NCBI GenBank assembly: GCA_049599475.1 | Contig: JBMYOQ010000005.1 | Span: 1 to 64,000 of the forward strand | Length of the DNA: 64,000 nt | DNA from: Opitutales bacterium | Lineage (GTDB): Bacteria > Verrucomicrobiota > Verrucomicrobiia > Opitutales > JABSRG01 | Direction: 5' to 3' | Part shown: positions 28,493 to 38,359 of the stretch, in pieces | Numbering within the stretch: the first letter of the stretch is position 1 | How the letters are laid out: every line of letters begins with the position of its first letter | Notes under the pieces: model-generated | Told to the model about the DNA's origin: nothing | The model's input: only the letters and a program-made list of their open reading frames with translations | Databases searched by the model: none | Translations under genes and position numbers: made by a program

Positions 28493-29668
28493 TTATAAAT
28501 TGAATATCCAGCGCACGACTCCGTGGATGGAGGGCAGGGCTGTGAGTGCCATAATGCTGTAGAAAAAGCGTCCTTTGGGGAGAAATACGGCTATCAGGCA
28601 AGTGAGGGGAAGAACGATTCTCAGGGGGGCCATGGTGCTTCCCCAGACTTTGTCTCCTGCGACGATGAATATTAGGGCGAAAGGAATTGCGACGCGGACC
28701 CATAGGGCGTTCCATTTAAAACTGAGAGCAACAGCCAGTGCTTGAGTCAGCCCGCTAGCGATGGCGATCAAGCCGAATATATTGTGCACATTTATGTTCC
28801 CGCTTGTGATTTCTGATGTGCATTTGCGCGCAAATTTGATCATGCCTTCGAACGGAATATGCAGGTTGCCGCTTACTTGAGCATTCATTGTTACGTGCTG
28901 GGAAAGATAGAGAAGCCACAATCCAAAAGGTAGGGCGATTGTAAGGCAATACACGCCGTATCGAGCCCATTGCTTCCAATCGAAGCTTTGGGGCGCCAAG
29001 GCCAATAAGGCCAGCACGGAGGTTTCCTTAGTGAATACCGAAATGATACTAAGGCACCATGTTTTGAGCTTCGCTTGTTGCTCGGCGTAATAGACGATCA
29101 AGACCACAAGGCATGCCGCGGGAAAGTCTGTAAGTGCAAGCCTCAGGGAGTCCAAGACGCCTACACTGAACATGCACACTCCCCACCGTGTGAACGCTTC
29201 CATTCGGGGTAAATCGTTGACGTAGCGTGCGAGCCAAAGGGCGAAGAGTATCCAGCATACGACATTGATTAGAGCAAAGGTGTTGAGGACGAGGCTTACG
29301 TTCTCAACACCGATCATGCTGGCTAGCCAGGGCATCATGATTCGCCGAGCTCTATAAGACGGAGCATCGAGTGAAGCCTGCACCTCTGGGTCCTGCATAC
29401 TCGGATCCAAGGCGATTTGCGCGTAGTATTGGGAATCGTAGCCAGTGCCTTTCTTGAAATAGATGGAATCGGGATCCAGTTCGCCATGTAGAGGAAATGG
29501 ATTTTCTACTCCAAAAGCTATTAAGCGCGTAAATCCATGCTGTGGCGAATACTGCATACCTATCGCCAAACAAACTAAAGCAACGAGCGCTGCCACGAGT
29601 AGCGGAGGTATACCTTTGGGGGAATTGTCGCTTTCAGGGTCCATTGATTGATTCTGAACCATGAGCAC
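28493..29668 (-). CDS. Multi-pass membrane protein, GT-C-like / cell-surface glycopolymer family
   Basis: GYDSQYYAQIALDP..YRARRIMMPWLA, TKET motif, many TM helices. Confidence 0.6.
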   Translation of the reverse strand: MLMVQNQSMDPESDNSPKGIPPLLVAALVALVCLAIGMQYSPQHGFTRLIAFGVENPFPLHGELDPDSIYFKKGTGYDSQYYAQIALDPSMQDPEVQASLDAPSYRARRIMMPWLASMIGVENVSLVLNTFALINVVCWILFALWLARYVNDLPRMEAFTRWGVCMFSVGVLDSLRLALTDFPAACLVVLIVYYAEQQAKLKTWCLSIISVFTKETSVLALLALAPQSFDWKQWARYGVYCLTIALPFGLWLLYLSQHVTMNAQVSGNLHIPFEGMIKFARKCTSEITSGNINVHNIFGLIAIASGLTQALAVALSFKWNALWVRVAIPFALIFIVAGDKVWGSTMAPLRIVLPLTCLIAVFLPKGRFFYSIMALTALPSIHGVVRWIFNL

Positions 29669-29774
29669 CGGACAAAAAGAGGCACAAGGCGAGCTCTTAA
29701 GTATTCGGTCTCTGAACGATTGAGAACCCTCAAATAGTCTTCCGGTTTTCCAGAATCTGATTTTACTGTCCCGG

Positions 29775-30125
29775 ATGACTATTGAACGACAAGAAACGAA
29801 GCCGCGGATGAGCCGGATTGTGATCCATCAGGGCACGGTATACTTGTGTGGGCAAGTGTGCGCGGATGCGACTAAGGATATTGCCGAGCAGACCCAGACG
29901 ATGCTGGATAAAGTGGATGCACTTCTTCAACAAGCGGGCTCAGACCGGGAGCATATGTTGTCTGCGACCGTCTATATCCGAGATATGAAAGACTTTGCTG
30001 CGATGAATGCGGTTTGGGATGCTTGGGTGCCGGAAGGCCATGCTCCGGCACGTGCCTGCGTGGAGGCTCGGATGGCGCGCCCCGAATTGCTCGTAGAGGT
30101 CTCCGTGATTGCCGCGGTAAAGTGA
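29775..30125 (+). CDS. RidA/YjgF family (YoaB-like) enamine/imine deaminase, intact copy
   Basis: [40 protein letters not shown]. Confidence 0.92.
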   Translation: MTIERQETKPRMSRIVIHQGTVYLCGQVCADATKDIAEQTQTMLDKVDALLQQAGSDREHMLSATVYIRDMKDFAAMNAVWDAWVPEGHAPARACVEARMARPELLVEVSVIAAVK

Positions 30126-30141
30126 TTGCACTTGTCTTATC

Positions 30142-31338
30142 TTATTGAGCTCTGTTGAGCCAATGCTTCGCGAAAGTTCCTTGGATTGCGTAGGTGCTGT
30201 TGGGCGCTTCATCGAAGTTCATATCGACACTCTTTCGGGAAATCCCGCCTTGATTACTTTCCACGATTAAGCGGATTTCTTCCGCCTGGGTGGGTATCCG
30301 AAATACCCGTGTTTCGCCTTGCGCTAAAGTTCCGGTGCTACCGCGATGCTCTTTTCCATCGACCGTGATCGATAGTATGCAATTAGCTGCGAAATCACCT
30401 TGATGCGTAATCCTGAGCCATCCCTCTTCTTGTGCTAATTGCTTTGTTTCCATACTGGGTGTGCTCTCGATTATGGGCGGCGGTGTCATGGTCGCGATGA
30501 TGCAGTTGAACTTTGAGTTCATCTCGATGGGTTCACGACCTTGATTGAGGATGGACCAGTTTGCTCCATTGTACCAAACTCCCGGAACCCCTTGATTGTA
30601 AGGGCCCTCCGTGTTCCAATTGTGCGTGATGGTTACGATCTCATTGGGGTCGGTTCGGTTTAAATCCGAAATGTGACCGCGGGTGTTTTGCTCGCCAGAT
30701 GTATGAGTGTAGGCCGTGATCGTAATGGCATTTGGACCCTTTATTTCGTTGGGGCCCGGTTGTAATACAAGGACGTTAAACCGTGTTCCTGGGTTGAGTG
30801 CTTGCTTGTCCTGGCGGTATATTGACCAACGGCTGCCGTCGAACCATACGCCTAGTGGACCTGGGACATAGGCTTCACTCCAATTTGGGGTGATGAGGAG
30901 GACAGCGTTCGGATTGTAGTCACTTGATGGATGATCGATGAAGGTGTAGTATTCCTGGGTGTTTTGAGGCGTCGCGGTATGGGTAAATGCCTGGGGCGTA
31001 TCTGGATCAAGGGCCAAGATATTGAATTGAGTTCCTTCGGGTAAAAAGGTTCGGTCTTCATTGTAGATGGTCCATTTACTTGTCTCGGTTTCATACCAGA
31101 CACCGACGGTGTGGGGATTATACTTTCCGAATCGAGGCGTCGCGAAAATTAGCATTTCAGGATCTGCTTCGATCGCTGAGTTATGCAGGCGGGTCATATG
31201 GCCACTTAGGTTTTCGCTGTCTGTGGTGTGGACAAATACCTCGGAAAAGGCCGAATGAGCCCACATGGCTATTGAAAGTAATCCGAGTGAGCAAAGTACC
31301 TTCGTTGAGACTCGATAAGGAATGCAGAAGTTATTCAT
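30142..31338 (-). CDS. Secreted protein with three internal repeats and a C-terminal beta-sandwich resembling cytolysin domain 4
   Basis: Repeats GVWY/GVWF..W(T/S)I..FN(I/V/C); C-terminus GWLRITHQGDFAA..FRIP..A..IRL..IQGT. Confidence 0.7.
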   Translation of the reverse strand: MNNFCIPYRVSTKVLCSLGLLSIAMWAHSAFSEVFVHTTDSENLSGHMTRLHNSAIEADPEMLIFATPRFGKYNPHTVGVWYETETSKWTIYNEDRTFLPEGTQFNILALDPDTPQAFTHTATPQNTQEYYTFIDHPSSDYNPNAVLLITPNWSEAYVPGPLGVWFDGSRWSIYRQDKQALNPGTRFNVLVLQPGPNEIKGPNAITITAYTHTSGEQNTRGHISDLNRTDPNEIVTITHNWNTEGPYNQGVPGVWYNGANWSILNQGREPIEMNSKFNCIIATMTPPPIIESTPSMETKQLAQEEGWLRITHQGDFAANCILSITVDGKEHRGSTGTLAQGETRVFRIPTQAEEIRLIVESNQGGISRKSVDMNFDEAPNSTYAIQGTFAKHWLNRAQ

Positions 31339-31544
31339 AATCAGCGGGGTATTGTGTTATGGGTCCAGTAGACCCAATGGTCCTGAGCGGCTTGTCTATC
31401 AATATGATTGAGCAATGCGTCTAAGACGTTCAGGTATGCTGATTTATTTCATAGAATTAGAACTTTTTTCACGCCCTCGAAAGTTGCTTCTGTATCCTAC
31501 GCCCGAGGGGTCCATTAGGTCGCTGGACATTGTACCGTAGCCTG

Positions 31545-34500
31545 TTAGGGCTGGCTGACTGAGATCCTGTAGAACGATTTGGGCTCTGTCTGCGTGTCCT
31601 CTGAGAATTCTATGGATGCATCTATTCCGTCCAGAGTTTCGACATCTTCCCATGTGCGTAAATCGAGGCTGCGCTGAAGTGTATATTGGCGGCCGGCAAC
31701 TGAATCTAGGCTGATGTTTAGATCTTGTCCTTGCATCAGCGATTGGAGGTCTAAGCGACTGTTGGGGTCGTCATACTGCGTGCCTATGAGGAGTTCGTAG
31801 CGGTTTATTAAACCGTCGAAGTCATCGTCTTTATCGGGGTCTATGTAGGCGCCGGAATCGACGTAATGTTTTTGCGCAAGGTAGTAACCGATCTCATTAC
31901 GTTCCCATTCTTTAAGGCTGCGGTCGAAGATCACGACCTCCGCGATATCGCCTCCATAGTAATTACGTGAGCTTGATCCATGACGTCCTATTTTTAGTCC
32001 GGCGATGTGATGACCGGCTGTTTCAGATTTTGTGATGATCGCGGGTGCGAATGTAACCGGAACACCATTGCTGTGAGTGCGTAACAAATTCCAGTTTGGA
32101 GCCGGAAAATCCTCATTTCCGGAATCATGTGCCGCGATCATCCGTTGCCAGTTTCCGCCAGTAGCGTCATTGCTTTGCCCTACAATAAACACATCTATGG
32201 CCCCCTCTGTATCCCGGATGTCACCGATATCTAACCAGTCGTTGTTTCCATCAAAACGGATAACTGGGCCACCATTTAATGCATTTTGCACAAAGGTAGG
32301 ACGCGCATCACCTGAGTTAGTTGCGTTATTACTGGCGTCTGAAAGATCGTTCCAAGTGGAGATGAAGTCTCCGTCTGAAACTTCGATTATTTGGGAAGCG
32401 TCGAGATGTAATACCAGCCCAACTCTGATCGGTATGTCGCCGTCGCTGGGGTCTAGAGATTCTAGAGTTGTTACCTCAAGTGGTTCGCTGAGAAACCACT
32501 CTATCCCGTTAACATCTACTGCGCTGGCGGCATAAAAGTATGTGGTGAGTTCATCCACACTTTCGTCGGTATAATCACTAGATATAACCCCTGTTGCTAT
32601 GGGGAGCCCAAAAGCTTCCTCGAGACTATTTTTTCGGTAAACATTGAAGATCACGCCATCTCTATTACTATTCGCCCAATCCAGAGACACAGAACCTTGT
32701 GCAAGTGTTCCCACGAGCACCGGCGTATCCAGTGGCGCGGATTCAAGCTCTCCTGAGTCATAAAGCGCAACGATCTTTTCCGCATACCGCTCTCCCAATA
32801 TAATTTGGCCACCTGTATCAAAATGATAGTAATCAGCAAGGGTTAGACCTTCGCTAGATACATAGTCTGTTCGCGCAATATTCTGTGGAATCGACGCGAT
32901 GATTTCCTTTATCCTTGGAAAATTGTCATTGGGTTGCCCTGCGATAAAAGGGAGATCTGGTATTCCTAGGTCCGTTCTTAAGTCGTTCACGAGCGATTCA
33001 AATCTCTCCAAATACGCGTTTCTATTTCCGGCGGTGTCCTCATCTTGTTCCCCCTGATGCCACAAAACAGCTCTAACTTCCCCATATTGCATGGCATTTT
33101 GAATACGCTCTAGAGTCTTTTCGTAGTAACCCCTATCACCACCTTTGAGGAATCTTGAGAGAAACGTACCTCCCCGAGCGTTGACCACAAAGCCGAAATC
33201 TTTTTCAGGATAGGTCGCTGAAAGTGTTTTTCCGAACGAGTAGGCAAAACCCAATTTTTGTATATCATCATCGACTTTCCGAATATTGGAATAACGGTTG
33301 TATCCGTAAGGTTCGTTGCTCGCTATTTCAAATTCATCGTCAGCATTCAAAAGGTATACGTTTGGAAAGGTTTCTTTCTCATTTTCTGTTATGGCTCCTC
33401 TCCCAGCACAATTTGACTGTCCTAAGAATACATATATTTCCTTTGTGGGGTCTGGGTCCGGAGATGGGACTGATTCGATGTTATATTTTTGTAAGAGGTG
33501 GTTAGCGACTTCATCACGCTCCGCGTCTTCAAGCACACGATCGAAGATCACGATTTCTGCAATATCGCCGTCGAAGTAGTTTCGTGAAGCGAAACCATTT
33601 CGTCCCAGTTTAACGCCTGCTGCGTGTAAATCGGGCCCGGAGATATTCTTCAGTTGGGGGATCATCTCAAGAGGATTTCCATCAGCATCACGATTGCGTA
33701 GCATGGTCCAGTTTGGAGCGGTCCAGTCATCATTCCCGGAATCAAAGGCTGAAATGATTCGCTGGTTAGTTTCTCCATCGGTTTCGGAGGCTTGAGTAAT
33801 CACAAATATTTCGGCTCCGGAACTTTCTGTCACAAGATTTCCGATATTCATCCAGTCATCGATGCCGTCGAATCGAAGAGCGTCACTGCCATTGAAGAAC
33901 CCTTCTGCGAAAAGCGGTTCCTGATCGATCTCAGCTGTTGCCGAGCGTCCTCCAGGGACCAAATTTGGCCATTCGGCGACCGCGTCCCCTTCATTACGTT
34001 CAGTCAAGGTCGATGCATCCATATGCAATACCAGGCCGTCACTGATGGGCACGTCGCCGGAATACGGAGGTAGGGGTGTTGAATCCAGGTATACGAGCAA
34101 TCGTGGACGTAGGGTGAGATCGCCGGTGTATTCCTTGCTGTGGAAACTGAAATTTTTATTATCCGATGTCTCCTCAATGTGTATCGAGATTTTTCCGTCA
34201 TTGCTTGCTTCTGTTATGGCTTGGGCGCCCATAAAGAAGATAACGTCGCCCGTGCCCGTAATGCCTTCGACGGTCGAGAGTGTTTGGGCAGTCGCCGGGC
34301 GATTGCTATAATTTATCGAGGTCTCGCCCCAGGAGTCGTCAGAAACAAAACTGGCTCTGAGTCCAGCGTCTGAGTTTGCGAGTGACGATACCGTAAGCTC
34401 AAGCCAAACAGATTCTATTGTATCCGGTAGGGAACTAAGATCGAAACGGAGGTATGTTTCCCTGCGGCCGCTGACGCCCCCCTTGTTACGAGCGACAAGT

Positions 34501-35939
34501 GTCGAATCCGTCCCGTAATTCCTAGTGCTGAAGTTTCCTATTCTTACGTATGCATCGGCTTCGGGATAGATGATGAGGTCCGCAACTTCGGTGGGAGGAG
34601 TGAGGGAAACGATGGAGATATCTTTCTCAATTGTAGTGGATAAACCATTCGTATCATAGGCTACGGCTCTGAGTGTGTGTGGGCCTTCAGCCAGGTCACT
34701 CACGATGAAGTCGTGCTTGCCATAGCCGTCCATTTCATAGGTTTTGGACTGGGTGCCGACAAAGACATTATTCACAAAAAGATCTACCTTTGTCACGCCA
34801 TCGCGGTCATTGGCTTGAACTTGTACGGCAACGTCTGAACCCAGGGGTTGGTTGGTGCTTTCTGGCGTGTTGAACGAGGCTACGGGAGCTGTGTTTGTGG
34901 AGTTCATGTACGCGCGTAGCCAGGTCATCGCAGGGCGGTCTGTGCCGTCTTCTCGAACTAAAAAGGCGTTTGGCTTTACGCTCCACATATGTCCCTCCTC
35001 AAATCCCCAAAGAGCGACGCTGGTGACTTGCGGGTGTTCCCACATGACTGGAAACTGATCCATGTAAACAGCCTGTTGTTTTGAGTCACTCGATAGATTT
35101 ACATCATATTCAGTGATGTATATATCTACACCCGGAAGGGCGTCCGCGAACCGGTCTAGATTCCCTTTAATGGCCTCGGCAGAGTTGTTCTCTAGACCAT
35201 GAGCCTGACAGCCCAACGCATCGATATAGGGACCGCCTTCTGCGCTGTTCACGATGTTTATCATATCGATCAATCTTCCTGGCTTAATGGTGGCGCCGCC
35301 GAGAAGACCATAGTCATTTATGAAGAGTTGGACATCCGGGTCATATTCGTCGGCGATTCCGCGCACCATTGAGAAGAGATTTGTCAGCCAGTCATAGCCC
35401 GTTTCGTCGACTTGGCCTTCCTCAAGGAGCGCTTCCTCCAACTCAGGGCGGCGATTGATCTCGGCGCCTACTTCATTGATCACACGGAGAATATCGAACT
35501 TGAGTCCGCGCTCGACGTAGTAGCGCTCGAAGATAGCTCGGGTGTATTTTTCTAGCTCTTCCTTGATGACTTCCGGCGTATGCCAATCACGCGATTGCGC
35601 AGGATACCAGATGCCTTGGTATTTGAGGTTCATGTTTCGGTCGGACCCGAAGGCCATTTCGTAGTCTGGGTCGTTCCAGCGATAGCTTTCCGGAGTGCCC
35701 GGGTCGCGCCCTACTTTCCAAGACCAGTTACCTTGCACGATCAAACCGTCGAAGAGCTTTCCTTCGCCAAAGTTTTCCACCCCGTGTTCGGTCTTCGGGA
35801 TCAAGGATCCAAGGTGTTGGCTCTCTGCCTGCATCTGAGAAGCCATGTTCAGCACGAGAATGGCTGATACGGATACTGTGTTTAAGGCGACTCGAGCACA
35901 GCTCCGCCCGAGATTTTTAAAAGGAAGAATGGGGGTCAT
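31545..35939 (-). CDS. Secreted multidomain carbohydrate-active enzyme: GH10-like + Ig + DNRLRE/CBM-like + LamG-like x2 + SGNH (SASA/CE6-like) esterase + FN3 + C-terminal domain
   Basis: ORF to 36020, likely ATG 35939. VINE, LFINDYG, IDALGCQAHG, YITEYDV, LWGF (GH10); ADAYVR..YLRFDLS; GQSN..WHQGE..DYYHF (esterase). Confidence 0.85.
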   Translation of the reverse strand: MTPILPFKNLGRSCARVALNTVSVSAILVLNMASQMQAESQHLGSLIPKTEHGVENFGEGKLFDGLIVQGNWSWKVGRDPGTPESYRWNDPDYEMAFGSDRNMNLKYQGIWYPAQSRDWHTPEVIKEELEKYTRAIFERYYVERGLKFDILRVINEVGAEINRRPELEEALLEEGQVDETGYDWLTNLFSMVRGIADEYDPDVQLFINDYGLLGGATIKPGRLIDMINIVNSAEGGPYIDALGCQAHGLENNSAEAIKGNLDRFADALPGVDIYITEYDVNLSSDSKQQAVYMDQFPVMWEHPQVTSVALWGFEEGHMWSVKPNAFLVREDGTDRPAMTWLRAYMNSTNTAPVASFNTPESTNQPLGSDVAVQVQANDRDGVTKVDLFVNNVFVGTQSKTYEMDGYGKHDFIVSDLAEGPHTLRAVAYDTNGLSTTIEKDISIVSLTPPTEVADLIIYPEADAYVRIGNFSTRNYGTDSTLVARNKGGVSGRRETYLRFDLSSLPDTIESVWLELTVSSLANSDAGLRASFVSDDSWGETSINYSNRPATAQTLSTVEGITGTGDVIFFMGAQAITEASNDGKISIHIEETSDNKNFSFHSKEYTGDLTLRPRLLVYLDSTPLPPYSGDVPISDGLVLHMDASTLTERNEGDAVAEWPNLVPGGRSATAEIDQEPLFAEGFFNGSDALRFDGIDDWMNIGNLVTESSGAEIFVITQASETDGETNQRIISAFDSGNDDWTAPNWTMLRNRDADGNPLEMIPQLKNISGPDLHAAGVKLGRNGFASRNYFDGDIAEIVIFDRVLEDAERDEVANHLLQKYNIESVPSPDPDPTKEIYVFLGQSNCAGRGAITENEKETFPNVYLLNADDEFEIASNEPYGYNRYSNIRKVDDDIQKLGFAYSFGKTLSATYPEKDFGFVVNARGGTFLSRFLKGGDRGYYEKTLERIQNAMQYGEVRAVLWHQGEQDEDTAGNRNAYLERFESLVNDLRTDLGIPDLPFIAGQPNDNFPRIKEIIASIPQNIARTDYVSSEGLTLADYYHFDTGGQIILGERYAEKIVALYDSGELESAPLDTPVLVGTLAQGSVSLDWANSNRDGVIFNVYRKNSLEEAFGLPIATGVISSDYTDESVDELTTYFYAASAVDVNGIEWFLSEPLEVTTLESLDPSDGDIPIRVGLVLHLDASQIIEVSDGDFISTWNDLSDASNNATNSGDARPTFVQNALNGGPVIRFDGNNDWLDIGDIRDTEGAIDVFIVGQSNDATGGNWQRMIAAHDSGNEDFPAPNWNLLRTHSNGVPVTFAPAIITKSETAGHHIAGLKIGRHGSSSRNYYGGDIAEVVIFDRSLKEWERNEIGYYLAQKHYVDSGAYIDPDKDDDFDGLINRYELLIGTQYDDPNSRLDLQSLMQGQDLNISLDSVAGRQYTLQRSLDLRTWEDVETLDGIDASIEFSEDTQTEPKSFYRISVSQP

Positions 35940-36002
35940 AGAGGTCCCTAGTGGGTGATTATTGGTGGATCTTCCAATATGACCTATACGCCCAATTCTT
36001 GC

Positions 36003-36040
36003 ATCCACTATGGTGCTCAAAGGCTATGCACAATGGTGCT
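36003..36040. promoter_or_regulatory. Direct repeat, candidate AraC-family binding site
   Basis: ATCCACTATGGTGCT (36003-36017) and ATGCACAATGGTGCT (36026-36040), 13/15 identical, upstream of the GH10 gene. Confidence 0.5.
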
Positions 36041-36106
36041 ATCGTAGCATTTATGCGACATGCACGGAGTATTGCAGAGCGAGAAGAAGGCGTTGAGAGC
36101 TTACTG

Positions 36107-37441
36107 CTAGGACTTCGAAGACTCTAAAAACTCCGCCGGACTCATTCCCGTGTGTTTCTTGAAGACTCTGCTAAAATAGGAAGAGCTGTTATACCCCACG
36201 GCGAAGGCTGTTTCTGTGACATTCTTTTCGGACAGCATGACCTTCGCGTGCTCGACTCTTACGGTGGTTAAATGCTGGTTGACTGTCTCGCCGGTGTGTT
36301 TTTTGAACTCTCGCATGAAGTGATAGCGGCTTACCCCAAGGGCTTCTGCTATTGTGTCGACGCTCAGATCTTCCGCGAAGTGTTCCTGAATATAGCTCTT
36401 AGCTCGTTCTACATTTTCGGCAGTGTGTTTCTCGGGTTCATCAGAGATGAATTCGGACACTTCAACAGCCTCGGATTGGAGGAGTTTCTGTATTTCCCCA
36501 GGGTCGTCCGAAGCCTCAATTTGCTCTGCCAAAGATCGATTGCGCAGGGCCGAGCTTTCGGAATCAGCCCCGGCTTGAATCGTCAGCTCGGCAAGCATGT
36601 TCAAAATTGCTCGCACCCGCATTTTGTAGACCTCGATATTGCCGTTGGAAAGCTCTTCCAGGTCGCCTAACATGATCTCAATCTCCGGCGTGAGCGATTT
36701 GGGTCCTGATTGGACGAGATGCTGAAGCTCCTCGTTCAGGAGGGTGACTTTACTCTTTAGGTCCCTGATGTCTTTGTAGACCACCCATGCCCAAGATCCC
36801 GCGAAAATGATGGAGCCTATGTAGTAGAGTCCGTTGTTTCCTCCTACGGTGCCTATCACCAGCAATACCCCGAAGATCAAAGCGCTGGTTAAAAACGTGA
36901 ACAAGTTGGGTCGGCGCATTGATCGGGCCTCCCTTACTATGAGCGCAAAGCAAGGGACAATTATGAACAAAAGGGCTGCGGTAACCTGAATCCCATTGGT
37001 AAGAAACAGGTGGTCGGTGTTTTCCAAAGGCAACCATGGAAAGTCATCCCGTTTTAGCCCGAAGCGATTCCATCTAGCTGCGAAAATGAAAGCATGTGAG
37101 AATGCGAAGAGAGTACCTAGACCGTAGGCAAAGATTGCAAATGCAGGGTGGGGCCGAGCTCTGGAATGTCGGACTATCGCCAATGTGAATGTAGGGAGAA
37201 CCACGGCGAATAACAGTGGCATCCTTAAGTATACCAAATTCCAGCTCCACCCTAGCCCTAGCTGAAAAGGCCGTGTTACCAGAAAGACGATAAAGGCCAA
37301 CAAGAAGCAGACATAGACTTTATAATTATCCGCGATCCGCTTCTTCACCAAAGTAAAGTAGACAAGGACAAACAGGAAAATCTGGGCAGCTAGGATAGGT
37401 GCGATGACCTCCTCAATGATCTGCCTATCGATTTCGAGCAT
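36107..37441 (-). CDS. Membrane-anchored AraC-family regulator (~7 TM sensor + HTH)
   Basis: About seven hydrophobic helices, coiled linker, C-terminal AKSYIQEHF..VSRYHFMREFKK..VGYNSSSYFSRVFKK. Confidence 0.88.
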   Translation of the reverse strand: MLEIDRQIIEEVIAPILAAQIFLFVLVYFTLVKKRIADNYKVYVCFLLAFIVFLVTRPFQLGLGWSWNLVYLRMPLLFAVVLPTFTLAIVRHSRARPHPAFAIFAYGLGTLFAFSHAFIFAARWNRFGLKRDDFPWLPLENTDHLFLTNGIQVTAALLFIIVPCFALIVREARSMRRPNLFTFLTSALIFGVLLVIGTVGGNNGLYYIGSIIFAGSWAWVVYKDIRDLKSKVTLLNEELQHLVQSGPKSLTPEIEIMLGDLEELSNGNIEVYKMRVRAILNMLAELTIQAGADSESSALRNRSLAEQIEASDDPGEIQKLLQSEAVEVSEFISDEPEKHTAENVERAKSYIQEHFAEDLSVDTIAEALGVSRYHFMREFKKHTGETVNQHLTTVRVEHAKVMLSEKNVTETAFAVGYNSSSYFSRVFKKHTGMSPAEFLESSKS

Positions 37442-37764
37442 AGGAGGATCTATATAAACTTACCGGTCACGAACAACTTATTATTTAGCGGTGGCATTCT
37501 CGCGCGTTTGGGTGCTCAGCTTGTTCTGATAATGAGATGCACGTCGCATGAGGCGGTTTACTCTCCTAAAGTTGCCTTGGTTTATGAGTATTTTTTTGAG
37601 TGGGTGAGTATCGAACTTTGGCTCTATTACTGGCCTGGTCGTTATTCTACGATCAATTGGCGCGCATTTGTTAATACAAATCGACTTGAGTTTGTTAATA
37701 TTTTGTGAATGCTAGGGCAAAGTAAGTTGGTTTCTAGCGCCATGAATTATCCCCGTTATTATCA

Positions 37765-38211
37765 ATGAATTTAAGGCAACCATTCAATGTAAGAGACTTC
37801 TTAGGCTGGAGTAATATCTTCTTCGGCATGTTCGTAGTCCTGGGTCTTTTCCTCTTAACTATTTATCATTATCAATACGCTGAAGGCAAAGCGGATGGCG
37901 ACTGGATTGCGATCAAAGGAGAATCCTATGCCTGGGCTCCCGCAGTATTGAATCTTTCGAAAACCAAAATGATGGAGGATTACGGGAAGCAGTTTGTCTC
38001 AAAACATGATTTTGAATATGAGCTGAAAAGTCATGCGAATGGCTACTCCGTAACCGTTTATCCCGTGAGCTACGACGACGGTAAGCCGATACGGTTGGCA
38101 AATATGGACCGAATCTTGTTTTTTGATCTGGGCATCAACTATGTCGGTGCATTCGGAGATCGAGGCGAAAATTCGGCCGGTGTTGCGAGCGTGATCGGTG
38201 GCAACGTATAG
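37765..38211 (+). CDS. Hypothetical single-TM protein
   Basis: 148-aa ORF filling an intergenic space, N-terminal hydrophobic helix. Confidence 0.55.
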   Translation: MNLRQPFNVRDFLGWSNIFFGMFVVLGLFLLTIYHYQYAEGKADGDWIAIKGESYAWAPAVLNLSKTKMMEDYGKQFVSKHDFEYELKSHANGYSVTVYPVSYDDGKPIRLANMDRILFFDLGINYVGAFGDRGENSAGVASVIGGNV

Positions 38212-38359
38212 TTGGTAATCGTTCTGCGAGGACTGGAATCTCAGCTTTGCTACGATGATGTATGTGTCATTTACGCCAAGAATTTTAGCGTTCAGTTGAC
38301 CGACTTGTAAGCAACACCCTGGGCCGCATTCTGCGGACATGATGTATCATCCGATGTCG

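Noticed and set aside
30142..31338. Pore-forming cytolysin
   Set aside because: Only a domain-4-like tail is present; no MACPF/CDC pore-forming domains and no undecapeptide
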